This document shows, in pieces, positions 17,179-29,167 of a stretch of DNA of 64,000 nt. This DNA comes from Terriglobia bacterium. Lineage in GTDB: Bacteria > Acidobacteriota > Terriglobia > Bryobacterales > Bryobacteraceae. The stretch covers positions 102,335-166,334 of the forward strand of contig CAWGTA010000016.1 in NCBI GenBank assembly GCA_963825305.1, written 5' to 3'. The position numbers and the translations under genes were made by a program. Position 1 is the stretch's first letter. Each line of letters opens with the position of its first letter. The notes beneath the pieces are model-generated. The model ran no database searches. It was not told the DNA's origin and worked only from the letters and a program-made list of their open reading frames with translations.

Positions 17179-18416
17179 CTACTCATACCGCAACACCTCC
17201 GCCGGCGCGATCCGGGTGGCATTCCGGGCGGGATAAATGGTCGCCAGGAAACTCACCAGGATCGCCGCCGCCGGCACCCACAAGCCATCGATCCAGCGCG
17301 GCTCAAACGGAACGAAGCTCAGCGAATAGACGGTCTCGTCCAGTTGCATCCAGTGATACTGGTTGGCGAAGTAACAGAGCACAAAGCCCGCAACCACGCC
17401 GATGACGCTGCCCACCACTCCGATCAGCACGCCCTGCAGCATGAAGATCCACCGTACTTGACTGCGGCGCGCCCCCATCGACATCAGCACACCAATGTCG
17501 CGGTATTTCTCCATCACCATCATCACCAGCGAGATGAAGATATTCAGCGCCGCCACCAGTTCGATCAGCCCGATGGTGATCACCGTCACCCGGCGCTCCA
17601 TGTTCAGCGCGCCCAGCAGTTGCTTGTTTCGCTCCATCCAGGTGGTGGTCGTATACTTCGGCCCGGCCACCCTCTCCACATCCTTGGCGATCTCGCCCAC
17701 GCTGTTGATGTCGTCCACTTTCAGCTCGATCATGTTGACAACGTCCTCGAGCGATAAGATCTTTTGCACAGCGCCCAGCGAGGCGTAGGCCCAATTGTCG
17801 TCGATGTCGTAGAAACCGGTTTCGAAGACACCGGCCACCCGAAAAGGGCGGACGGCGGGTCTCGGACCGACTGTCAGCATAAACGAGAGATCGCCCTGCG
17901 GGCTGACCACACTGATTCGGGAACCCACAATCATCCCGGTTTCCTCGACCAGTTTCGACCCCAACAGGATGCCCGGCGGTGAGGCGTTAGGATCGCGCAG
18001 TCGATCGATCGAACCGGACTTCAAGTGACGCAAAGAATCGCTGATGGAGAGCTCGGAGTCAGTGTCGATGCCTTTCAGTTGGGCGAAATGCGATTGCGGC
18101 CCGCCCGTCAGATATACACCGCTGTAGAGTGCTGGAGCCACGGCCCGAACATGCGGCAACTTGCGGAGGCGTGCGGCCATTTCCTCCCAATGCTCGATCC
18201 CGTACTGGGGCTCCTTTTCCAGCACCGTGACGTCCGCCATGGCGCCCAGCAGGTTGCGCTGCAGGGTATTCCGGAATCCGTTGTTCACGCCCAGCGCGAT
18301 GATCAGCGCCATGACACCCACAGCCACGCCTGCGATCGAGATCGCAGTAATCACAGAGATCACGCGCTCCTTGCGGTGGGCCCGCAGGTAACGGCCGGCG
18401 ATAAACAGTTCGAAGT

Positions 18417-18420
<4 letters not shown>
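17179..18420 (-). CDS. lolE: lipoprotein-releasing ABC transporter permease (LolC/LolE family)
   Basis: 413 aa, GTG start. The N-terminus [18 protein letters not shown] is typical of LolC/E. It has a periplasmic MacB-like domain and a C-terminal FtsX 3-TM module. It overlaps the lysS stop by 4 nt. Confidence 0.85.
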
Positions 18421-19922
<1,502 letters not shown>

Positions 19923-19964
19923 GAAATTCTCCTATGGGGGAAATACGCTATTATAAGGCTTCGT

Positions 19965-20678
19965 TTGCGACGGTCCATCTCCATTATCATTCCCGCCTAC
20001 AACGAAGAGAAACGCCTCCCCGCCACTTTAGGTAGGGTGCGGGACTATTTGTGCCGCCAGCCGTGGGAATTCACAGAGGTCATCGTTGTGGATGACGGGT
20101 CGCGCGATGCCACCGGAGAAGTTGCGCGCCGCGGGAAAGCGCGCTTACTCGCCAACCCTGGGAACCGCGGCAAAGGCTACGCGGTGCGCCACGGAATGCT
20201 CGAGGCGAAAGGCGACTGGGCGCTTCTCTCGGACGCCGATCTCTCCGCGCCGATTGAAGAACTCGACACGCTCTGGAACGCCGCCGAGCGGGAGAATGCG
20301 GCCGTGGCCATTGGCTCGCGAGCCATCGATCGCTCACTCATCGGCGTGCGGCAGCCGCTCTTTCGCGAGTACATGGGACGCTTCTTCAATCTCTTAATGC
20401 GAGCAATTACGGGTCTGCCGTTCCACGACACGCAGTGCGGCTTCAAGCTTTTCGAGGCCCGCGCGGCGCGCGAGATCTTCTCGCGGCAGCGCCTGGACGG
20501 CTTCGGCTTCGACGTGGAAGTGCTCTACATCGCCCGCCATCTTGGGTATAAGTGCCTGGAGGTGCCGGTCCGCTGGAACGACGTGGCGGGCACCAAGGTG
20601 AGCCCGCTACTGGGACTGGCCGCTTTCCTGGATCCGCTGAAGGTGCGGTGGAACGGAATCAGCGGGAAATACAAGTAA
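19965..20678 (+). CDS. family 2 glycosyltransferase (polyprenyl-phosphate glycosyltransferase-like)
   Basis: TTG start. Motifs SIIIPAYNEE, VVDDGSRD and LSDADL (DxD) are present. Length 237 aa. Confidence 0.85.
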   Translation: MRRSISIIIPAYNEEKRLPATLGRVRDYLCRQPWEFTEVIVVDDGSRDATGEVARRGKARLLANPGNRGKGYAVRHGMLEAKGDWALLSDADLSAPIEELDTLWNAAERENAAVAIGSRAIDRSLIGVRQPLFREYMGRFFNLLMRAITGLPFHDTQCGFKLFEARAAREIFSRQRLDGFGFDVEVLYIARHLGYKCLEVPVRWNDVAGTKVSPLLGLAAFLDPLKVRWNGISGKYK

Positions 20679-20860
20679 CACCTTTCGACGAGACGCCGAG
20701 ACGCGAAGTTTTGAGAAAGGCGCTGCGACAGTCTGCGGCAACCATTGCTCCGGGTCCTTTTAGCAAGCCTGCACACGGCATCGGCATCCGGCCCGCGCCC
20801 GCGCCATGCCGAGACATAGGCGTTTTGACCTTCACGCAATTGATCACGATCTGCTCCGGG

Positions 20861-21226
20861 TTACAACCAGAGCCGCGATTTCGGGTCTGGCTCGGCTCCA
20901 TACGGGGCGGACGCACGCGCCGCTTCTGCTGGGACCTTTCTCGTGGCCAGATCGATGGCCTTCAGCACGAGCCTCGTACTTCGGCTTACATGGAGCCACA
21001 GTATCGCGAGCCCAATCACCATTGGCACATAAGTGGAAAGAAACGACCAGAAGATGAGTAAGTGCACGCGATTGGAAAAATCCGCCAATTGCACAAATCC
21101 CCAAGTAAAGGCCATCATAATTGCGGTTAGCAAGAGCCAAACTAGTTGGAAGGTTCGTTCAGAACCGTAAAGGTCAAACCTGTACAAAGCGTTCTGACGA
21201 GCGGTAATCGATGGCAATTCTCTCAT
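20861..21226 (-). CDS. membrane protein co-transcribed with ECF sigma factor (putative anti-sigma factor)
   Basis: 121 aa with 2-3 predicted TM helices. Its start overlaps the sigma-factor stop (ATGA). No recognisable zinc-binding anti-sigma motif, so the function is inferred from position only. Confidence 0.5.
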   Translation of the reverse strand: MRELPSITARQNALYRFDLYGSERTFQLVWLLLTAIMMAFTWGFVQLADFSNRVHLLIFWSFLSTYVPMVIGLAILWLHVSRSTRLVLKAIDLATRKVPAEAARASAPYGAEPDPKSRLWL

Positions 21227-21786
21227 GTGTGAGCTCCTTCTCCAGCATTCATTTGCGTACCGGCCGTATGCCTGCGCAACCGCGCGAGACCATAGGCTAA
21301 CCGGGACTTCACAGTTCCCGGCAAAATCTCGAGTACTGCGGCGACTTCGTGGAGGCTCATATCCTCCAGGTAGTGCAGCACGATAACGGCGCGACTCGCT
21401 GGCGGTAGGTCATCCACCCAATCCAGGAGACGGGGCTCCCATTCCTGCGGGATGCTCTCGCCGGCGCCCGTTTCTAGAGTGTCCAGGTCCAGTATTTCCT
21501 CGCCGCGACGTTTTTCTGAGCGCAACTGCCGGAAACATTCCCGGCTGGCAATGCGAAATGCCCAGGGACGGAGAAGTTCGGGGTCTCGTAGCCAGACAAT
21601 CTTCTTGCAGATTCGAAATAGCACCTCTTGTAAAGCGTCTTCTGCCGTCTCGCGATGTGTTAGCAGACTCGAAATGTATCGATAGAGCGGACGTTGCAGT
21701 GCAGCAAGGATATCGTCCAGGACGTCACGGTCGCCTGCGATCGCGCGCGCCACTACCAAGCCGTCTACGTTCCAGGGCTCTGTCAT
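21223..21786 (-). CDS. ECF (sigma-70 family group 4) RNA polymerase sigma factor
   Basis: ORF 21223-21993; I chose ATG 21786 (MTEPWNVDGLVVARAIAGDRD...). Region 2 (ETAEDALQEVLFRI..PWAFRIASRE) and region 4 (VIVLHYLEDMSLHEVAAVLEILPGTVKSRL) are present. Confidence 0.88.
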   Translation of the reverse strand: MTEPWNVDGLVVARAIAGDRDVLDDILAALQRPLYRYISSLLTHRETAEDALQEVLFRICKKIVWLRDPELLRPWAFRIASRECFRQLRSEKRRGEEILDLDTLETGAGESIPQEWEPRLLDWVDDLPPASRAVIVLHYLEDMSLHEVAAVLEILPGTVKSRLAYGLARLRRHTAGTQMNAGEGAHT

Positions 21787-21907
21787 GTACCTACATCTGA
21801 TAAGAGTGTCATACGCGGAGAACTGTTCGCACCGTGGCGAGAAAGATCTTGCCCGCTGGTGCTGGCGAATTGCCGAGATAAGGGGGGAAACCGTGCACCA
21901 TCGCTTT

Positions 21908-22180
21908 TCACGCGGTTCTGGCCTCCGCAGGGTACTGGTACACCTCGCCCCGCATTTCCAGCAGTGCCGGCACGTTCCGCGACAGCGCATCACACATCTG
22001 GATCACTGGGCTCAGACCCTTCGCTCGTTGGTTCAGCACATCGGCGATGTTCTCGCCCGCATGCTGGCGGCCGGTGAAGTACAAGGCGATCTTCCGGCCC
22101 TGCCCAGTCGAGACGATGGCGCTTGTGCAACACGCCGGCGGCTCGTTGCAGTTCCGGTTCTGGAATGGGTGTGCTTTCAC
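21908..22180 (-). pseudogene. internal fragment of a DDE transposase (IS66-like), remnant
   Basis: From memory, the translation ...SAIVSTGQGRKIALYFTGRQHAGENIADVLNQRAKGLSPVIQMCDALSRNVP... matches a conserved internal block of IS66-type transposases (..GIVS..KIALFFTGR.HAGENL..VL..R...L..PIQMCDALSRN.P). There is no N-terminal or catalytic C-terminal part, and I saw no inverted repeats. Confidence 0.4.
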
Positions 22181-22316
22181 ACCGCGGCGACTGAATGAAC
22201 TTTCCCTCGGCTCCCTCTGCGCGCCAACCTTACAGAGTTCCCCAAGGACTCAACTCACGCACCCAGGCCGGCAGACTCTTGTATTCTCTCCGCCTCGGCG
22301 TCTCGGCGGTGAGTTC

Positions 22317-23021
22317 TTAGACTTTAATAATCACTTCCCGCAGACTTTCGCGGGTAAGAAAGAACTTCACCGACTCGAAATTCCCGAACAGCTTCTCGAG
22401 GCTGCGATTGTTGAACAATTGCGCGGGATGACGGGAACCTTGCTGCGCCACTTGCAGAAGGTTCACCTCTTGAATGCGGAACGTGTAAAACGGTACGGCC
22501 TGCAGTTTGTTGTCGGAGTGGAAGAATGAGAGCATGTAGCTCTTGGGACGCACGATCTTGTGCAGCCGCTCGACGACCGCCGTCAGCAAAGCGGGCGCTA
22601 AGTACTCCAGCACGTCCCAGATCAGGACGCCATCGAAATGGCCTTCCGGATACTCGAGCGCCTGGCGCAGGAAATATTCGATGCGGCCAGGATTGGATTG
22701 ATCGACAGCGCCGTCGGCACCGAAGGTCTCATTGAGGATCTGCAGGAAATCTTCGGAATAGAGGCGATGCCCCAGGTTCGTGATGAAACTCACGTTTTGC
22801 TGAGTGGCGCCGCCCAGATCGAGAATCGTGAGACCGGACTGCCCGCGGATGTAGCTGAAGAACTCGTCCAGCCCGCGGCTCTGCCGGGTACTCATCTCCA
22901 CACCACCGGCGTGGCGCCCCGAGAAGAAGGAGCGTTGGGTATCGCCCGGCTTTGGCGCGACGCCATTTGACTGTGGGTCGCGCGGGCCGCGCAACATGCT
23001 TTTCAGCCGGTCCGTGAGCAA
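22317..23021 (-). CDS. class I SAM-dependent methyltransferase-like protein
   Basis: 234 aa with motif I LTILDLGGATQQ and the post-II motif FDGVLIWDVLEYL. It lies 17 nt downstream of the bactofilin gene on the same strand. Confidence 0.75.
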   Translation of the reverse strand: MLTDRLKSMLRGPRDPQSNGVAPKPGDTQRSFFSGRHAGGVEMSTRQSRGLDEFFSYIRGQSGLTILDLGGATQQNVSFITNLGHRLYSEDFLQILNETFGADGAVDQSNPGRIEYFLRQALEYPEGHFDGVLIWDVLEYLAPALLTAVVERLHKIVRPKSYMLSFFHSDNKLQAVPFYTFRIQEVNLLQVAQQGSRHPAQLFNNRSLEKLFGNFESVKFFLTRESLREVIIKV

Positions 23022-23038
23022 CTTCGGGCCCCCTGGAT

Positions 23039-23548
23039 CTATCGTTTCGCTTCAGCTGTGGCCGCCGGCGTCTGATTCGCCGGTACTGCTATCGGTGGTG
23101 CTGCTGCAGGCTGAGGCTTGGGAGAAGCCTTGGACGGTTCCGGTTTTATGATATCAATGCTGCCCTTGAAATAGGCTCCGTCTTCAATAATGATGCGGGC
23201 CGTCTTGATGTCGCCGATCAGCTTGGCGTCTTTGCGGATTTCGATCTTGTCGGCGGCTTCCACATTGCCTTGCACCGACCCTTGCGCTACTACCTCACGC
23301 GCCTTTACAGTGGCATGCACCGTGCCGTTGGGCCCGATGGTCAGCTTATGTTCGAGCGCTTCCACGGTTCCTTCCAAGTCGCCATCGACAAAGAGATCCT
23401 CTTTGCTATATATCTGGCCGACAATCTTGACGGCCTTTCCGATTGTGGCCGAGCCGCCGCGCGACGACTCCGGCTCGATTCTCCCCAAGGGGGTACTGGA
23501 CGACACGGGTGTAGCCTCCTTTTTCACTTCCACGGGATTCGGCGTCAC
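23039..23548 (-). CDS. bactofilin family cytoskeletal protein
   Basis: 169 aa, GTG start. The DUF583-type beta-helix repeat is present (KIVGQIYSKEDLFVDGDLEGTVEA...VAQGSVQGNVEAADKIEIRKDAKLIGDIKTARIIIEDGAYFKGSI), with a Pro/Ala-rich tail. Confidence 0.88.
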   Translation of the reverse strand: MTPNPVEVKKEATPVSSSTPLGRIEPESSRGGSATIGKAVKIVGQIYSKEDLFVDGDLEGTVEALEHKLTIGPNGTVHATVKAREVVAQGSVQGNVEAADKIEIRKDAKLIGDIKTARIIIEDGAYFKGSIDIIKPEPSKASPKPQPAAAPPIAVPANQTPAATAEAKR

Positions 23549-23746
23549 GGAAACCGGGGTCCCCCCGAACTGGGCGGGCTGTAGGGTTTTGGGGCTTCCT
23601 CTTCCCGGCGCTTATTCCACATACTACCGCCCTCCTGGGCTGTGTATAAACAAATTCATAATACTGTCCCTCTAGTCTATAGGGGTGCACCGGGAAAGGC
23701 AAACGGTTCTCGCTGTTCTGGCCCTTTTTGAGATTTCTGCCAGAAT

Positions 23747-23956
23747 TCAGAAAACCCTGCGGAAATCAGGTAGTTCCAGCGAGAATGGGGCCATTATCAT
23801 ACTGAGCGTGAACCACAGAGTGGCCAGCCAGAGAATCGCCTCCGTTACACGGTTCTTGCCCCAAAGCAGGCGCATTACCAGGGCCAACAGAAAGGGAATC
23901 AGCGCCGCAGCGACGCGGGCATTCGGCGAAAGCCTTTCGACGAGCTCGAAGGGCAT
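23747..23956 (-). CDS. small hypothetical membrane protein (2 TM)
   Basis: 69-aa ORF with two hydrophobic helices, upstream of bactofilin on the same strand. I recognise no homology. Confidence 0.4.
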   Translation of the reverse strand: MPFELVERLSPNARVAAALIPFLLALVMRLLWGKNRVTEAILWLATLWFTLSMIMAPFSLELPDFRRVF

Positions 23957-24014
23957 GAGAGATTCTGTGGACCTTTGGGTAACACGATCAAGCTGTCGAA
24001 GGTTAACTAAAAGC

Positions 24015-24100
24015 CTTCAGCGGTCAGCATTCAGCGATCAGCTAAAAAACACGGTCGGTTGAAGGTTTAGCTGAAAGCTGATGGCTGAATGCTGAAAGCT
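24015..24100. repeat. inverted pair of 7-nt tandem repeats (nnTCAGC x4 / GCTGAnn x4-5)
   Basis: cttcagc ggtcagc attcagc gatcagc taaaaaacacggtcggttgaaggttta gctgaaa gctgatg gctgaat gctgaaa gctc. The two arms are imperfectly complementary. It sits just upstream of dnaG. Confidence 0.8.
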
Positions 24101-24134
24101 CAATGCCAGCTGCGGGATAATAGCCGGAAAGATC

Positions 24135-25877
24135 ATGGACTTTAGGGAGCAGTTGAAATCGACCGCGGATATCGTGAGCGTGGTCGGCGACTACGTGCGG
24201 CTGAAGAAATCCGGTGCGCACCGCTATAGCGGGCTTTGCCCATTTCATTCGGAAAAGAGCCCCTCGTTTTCGGTCCATGCCTCCAAGCAGTTCTACCACT
24301 GCTTCGGCTGCCACAAGAGCGGCGATGTCCTGCAGTTCGTGATGGAAATCGAAGGCGTCAGCTTCTATGAGGCGCTGAAGAGCCTGGCGGAGCGCTACGG
24401 CCTGCAGATGCCCAAGCGCTCGCAGTATGCCGATGAGGACTCCCGCAAACGAGCCGCCCTTCTGCAAATGCACGAGGTGGCGCAGGAGAATTTCCAGGCT
24501 AACCTTCGCGGTTCGGCGGGCGAAGCAGCGCGCGCCTACCTGGCACGGCGAGGCGTCTCGGCGGAAACCATCGATCAATTCGGGCTGGGATATGCAGAGC
24601 GATCGGGCCGTACCCTGGTGCGGCTCTTCGAGCAACGCGGCATGACACCGGACCTCATCGAAGACTCGGGCCTGGTGGGAAAACGTCAGGACGGCAGTTT
24701 CTACGACCGGTTTCGCAACCGCCTGATGTTTCCTATTCACAACGAACGCGGCGGCATCATCGGCTATGGCGGGCGCGCCCTGGCCGCCGAGGATGAGCCC
24801 AAGTATTTGAATTCGCCGGAGACGACCCTCTATAAGAAGAGCCACATACTGTACAACCTGCATCGGGCCAAGGATGCCATTCGCAAGGAGGACCGCGTGG
24901 TTCTCGTGGAAGGCTACATGGATGCCATCGGCGTTACCGCGGCGGGTTTTGGTCCAGTGGTGGCCAGTTGCGGAACCGCTCTGACGGCGCAGCAGGTGCA
25001 GATCCTCAAACGCCATTCGCAGCACATCGTGGTGAACTTCGATCCGGACACTCCCGGCGCAGCCGCGGCCGAACGCTCGATCAGCCTCCTGCTGGACGAA
25101 GGCATGTTCGTCAAGATTATGGAGCTCGACGGCGATCTCGACCCCGACGAGTACTGCAAAGAGCGCGGGGCGGAAGCTTATCGCGAGAGACTGGACGGCG
25201 CCAAGGGTTACTTCTATTGGCTGGCGGATCGCGCGCGGGCGAAACACGATGTCCGCACCACCGAAGGCGTCGTGGCCGTGCTGCAATCTCTGGTGCCGGC
25301 AGTGCAGCGAATCTCCGATCGCGTGGAGCGCATGGCCGTCGCCGAAAATCTCGCCGGCTACATCGGCGTGGAGCGCGGCGTGGTGCTGGAAAGTTTTCGA
25401 AGGACCATCGGCGACCGTCAGGAGAAGACCATCGAGCGGCCCAAAGAAAGCGTTCGCGCTGACGAAAAGGGTCTCATTCACGTTCTGCTCTCCGATGTGG
25501 AGGGGCGATCGAGTCTTCTGGCGGAATTGGAAAACGTCGAGATTCTGGCTCGGATCCCCACGCGGCGTATCTATCAAGCCATTCGCGCGGTGTATGCCAG
25601 CAGCGCGAATGTCACTTTCGACGCAGTAAACGCGCGGCTGGAAGAGAGCGACCGGCCTCTGTTGGCCGAAGTGTTGTTCTCCGAAGAAGTGGAGGGCCAC
25701 GACGTGGAGTACGGCAATCGTTGCCTGGAAAGTCTTCGACGGTCCGACGGGCAACTGCGGCGCACGGAATTGAAAGCTCAGGTGAAACAGGCGGAGCGCG
25801 CCGGCGACGTGCGTGAGGCGCTTCGGCTGGCGCAGGAATTGGCAGAGCTCGAACGCGGCAACGCGGTGCGCACGTGA
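24135..25877 (+). CDS. dnaG: DNA primase
   Basis: 580 aa with the zinc-binding motif CPFHSEKSPSF...CFGCHKSGD and the TOPRIM motif VVLVEGYMDAI. It is followed by rpoD, the classic dnaG-rpoD arrangement. Confidence 0.95.
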   Translation: MDFREQLKSTADIVSVVGDYVRLKKSGAHRYSGLCPFHSEKSPSFSVHASKQFYHCFGCHKSGDVLQFVMEIEGVSFYEALKSLAERYGLQMPKRSQYADEDSRKRAALLQMHEVAQENFQANLRGSAGEAARAYLARRGVSAETIDQFGLGYAERSGRTLVRLFEQRGMTPDLIEDSGLVGKRQDGSFYDRFRNRLMFPIHNERGGIIGYGGRALAAEDEPKYLNSPETTLYKKSHILYNLHRAKDAIRKEDRVVLVEGYMDAIGVTAAGFGPVVASCGTALTAQQVQILKRHSQHIVVNFDPDTPGAAAAERSISLLLDEGMFVKIMELDGDLDPDEYCKERGAEAYRERLDGAKGYFYWLADRARAKHDVRTTEGVVAVLQSLVPAVQRISDRVERMAVAENLAGYIGVERGVVLESFRRTIGDRQEKTIERPKESVRADEKGLIHVLLSDVEGRSSLLAELENVEILARIPTRRIYQAIRAVYASSANVTFDAVNARLEESDRPLLAEVLFSEEVEGHDVEYGNRCLESLRRSDGQLRRTELKAQVKQAERAGDVREALRLAQELAELERGNAVRT

Positions 25878-25961
25878 CACTGCTATTAACTATTTTCGAC
25901 CGCGCCGTATTGTACAATAGGCTGGACTTGAGGACTCGCCGACACTGACACGGGGGTTTCG

Positions 25962-27647
<1,686 letters not shown>

Positions 27648-27656
27648 AGGCCAAAG

Positions 27657-27685
27657 CACCGGCGGCGAAGACCGCCGGCGTTACG
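27657..27685. terminator. GC hairpin repeat ACCGGCGGC-loop-GACCGCCGGCGTTAC between convergent genes, copy A
   Basis: A 7-bp stem ccggcgg/ccgccgg (27659-27665 / 27672-27678) with conserved flanks. It lies between rpoD (+) and the RRM gene (-). A near-identical copy is at 47836-47863. There is no obvious T-tract, so terminator function is uncertain. Confidence 0.4.
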
Positions 27686-27714
27686 TGGCGATGTTGTCGC
27701 GGGCAGCCTCTTAG

Positions 27715-28059
27715 TTAGAAACGGGGTTCGCGGCGTCCGCCTCCGCCGCTGCGGTGGCCTCCGCCGCCGGGCCTGCCGCCGCCACGGTTAGCGCTGGCGC
27801 CGAAACTCCGCTCCGGCTTGGGACGCGCCTCGTTGACGTTAAGAGCCCTGCCGTCCAGCGTGTAGCCATTGAGTGCCGTGATCGCCTGGTCGGCTTCCCC
27901 TTCATTGGCCATTTCCACAAACGCGAATCCGCGTGAGCGGCCGGTTTCGCGATCGGTCATGATACGGGCGCTGTTGACCGTCCCGTACCGTTCAAACAAG
28001 CTGCGCAAGGATTCTTCGGTGGCGTGGAAATCCAGGTTGCCGACGAAAATGTTCTTCAC
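27715..28059 (-). CDS. RRM-type RNA-binding protein with Gly/Arg-rich tail
   Basis: I chose GTG 28059, preceded by AGGAGG with a 5-nt spacer. RNP2 is IFVGNL, RNP1 is RGFAFVEM, and the tail is RGGGRPGGGGHRSGGGGRR. Confidence 0.88.
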   Translation of the reverse strand: MKNIFVGNLDFHATEESLRSLFERYGTVNSARIMTDRETGRSRGFAFVEMANEGEADQAITALNGYTLDGRALNVNEARPKPERSFGASANRGGGRPGGGGHRSGGGGRREPRF

Positions 28060-28246
28060 AGGAACCTCCTGACGATTGAAGCCGGGCTCATCGGAGATGG
28101 AAACAAGCGGGACGACGCTCAAACACACTCGACTGGCGAAGGCTCTTCAAACGCGTATTGAATATAGCACGCTACACCACGGGCGGCAATCGGGAAACCA
28201 AAAAGAAACGGTAACAAAAATGACAAAACAAATACCCGCGCCGGGC

Positions 28247-28513
28247 TCATTCCACCGCGCCCACGAACGGCTTGTAACCGTGGCGTTGCAACAGATCGTG
28301 CGCCGCTTCCACAGCCTCCGGCAAGACGTAAAAGAACGCGCCGACACGCACCGAGCGGAAAATCACGCCGCCCTTGTATTCGTCGGCCTCCACGCCGTAA
28401 TCGAGCCCCGCGGAGGTGAAGATCGATTCCAGCCGCAGCGCCTCTTTCAGTTTCTTGGCAATGTAAATGAGCGTGGCTTCCTTGCCTTCAAAGAATGACG
28501 CATCCTGCTTCAT
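28247..28513 (-). CDS. hypothetical protein (88 aa)
   Basis: Clean ORF with host-like codon usage (GC-rich third positions). I recognise no family. Confidence 0.55.
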   Translation of the reverse strand: MKQDASFFEGKEATLIYIAKKLKEALRLESIFTSAGLDYGVEADEYKGGVIFRSVRVGAFFYVLPEAVEAAHDLLQRHGYKPFVGAVE

Positions 28514-28615
28514 GGCGCTACCGACAGTGTAGCGAGATAATCCTCGGCAGCCAGTACCCGAACGCCGATTCCGCGGAGCTCTGCGAGCCCCTGGTCGTAG
28601 ACTCCGGAAACCGCG

Positions 28616-29167
28616 TCAGCTGATCATGACAATGCGAAAGTCCCGCATGCTGGCGCCGTAGATCGTGGCGCGCGGACAATTGGGAAAGTTGCAGCCGGCC
28701 ACTACCACTGTCGTCACGCCGAGCGCGCGCAGATGCTCCTCCAGAGGCGTGTTGTAAAACGCATCCCATCGCGGCTTGTACATGACCCACTCGTTCCCTG
28801 CCATCCGCTGCAGCTTTCCCGATAGCAGAGTCTCTCCATCTAGACGAGCAGTGACGTCGGGCCTTAGCGCCTCCACCAGTTCCGCGCCGGCACTCCCCGG
28901 AACGACGATGCGGATTCCGCCCTCGATCATTTCCCGGCGGCACAGATCCGCATTTGTCCCATTTTCCAGATAGAGCCGGACCACGTGAATGATCGGCAGG
29001 CCGTGCTTGCGGTAAGCCTCCACCACACGCCGCATCGCGGGAAGCCGCTCCCACGTTCCGCGAATTTCGGCGGGCGCACCGGGGCGAGTGAAGTCCTCCT
29101 GCACGTCGATGGTCAACAGCGCGGATCGTGCGGGTTCGGGGGTCGTGTAGCCCGGGCGCTCACTCAT
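28616..29167 (-). CDS. isochorismatase-family cysteine hydrolase
   Basis: 183 aa with ALLTIDVQEDF at the N-terminus and the VVVAGCNFPNCPRAT catalytic Cys region. It overlaps the hutH stop by 4 nt. Confidence 0.85.
   Translation of the reverse strand: MSERPGYTTPEPARSALLTIDVQEDFTRPGAPAEIRGTWERLPAMRRVVEAYRKHGLPIIHVVRLYLENGTNADLCRREMIEGGIRIVVPGSAGAELVEALRPDVTARLDGETLLSGKLQRMAGNEWVMYKPRWDAFYNTPLEEHLRALGVTTVVVAGCNFPNCPRATIYGASMRDFRIVMIS

Noticed and set aside
24015-24100. Heptad arrays and the 86-nt elements as possible CRISPR arrays
   Set aside because: The repeat units are 7 nt with no spacers, or single 86-nt palindromes tens of kb apart. There is no repeat-spacer periodicity and there are no cas genes.
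24042-25880. 612-aa ORF on the minus strand, the longest unexplained ORF in the track
   Set aside because: It is exactly antisense to dnaG, which has unmistakable primase motifs. Its translation is Arg/Ala/Gly/His-rich low-complexity sequence typical of shadow ORFs in GC-rich DNA, and its 5' end runs into the heptad repeat.
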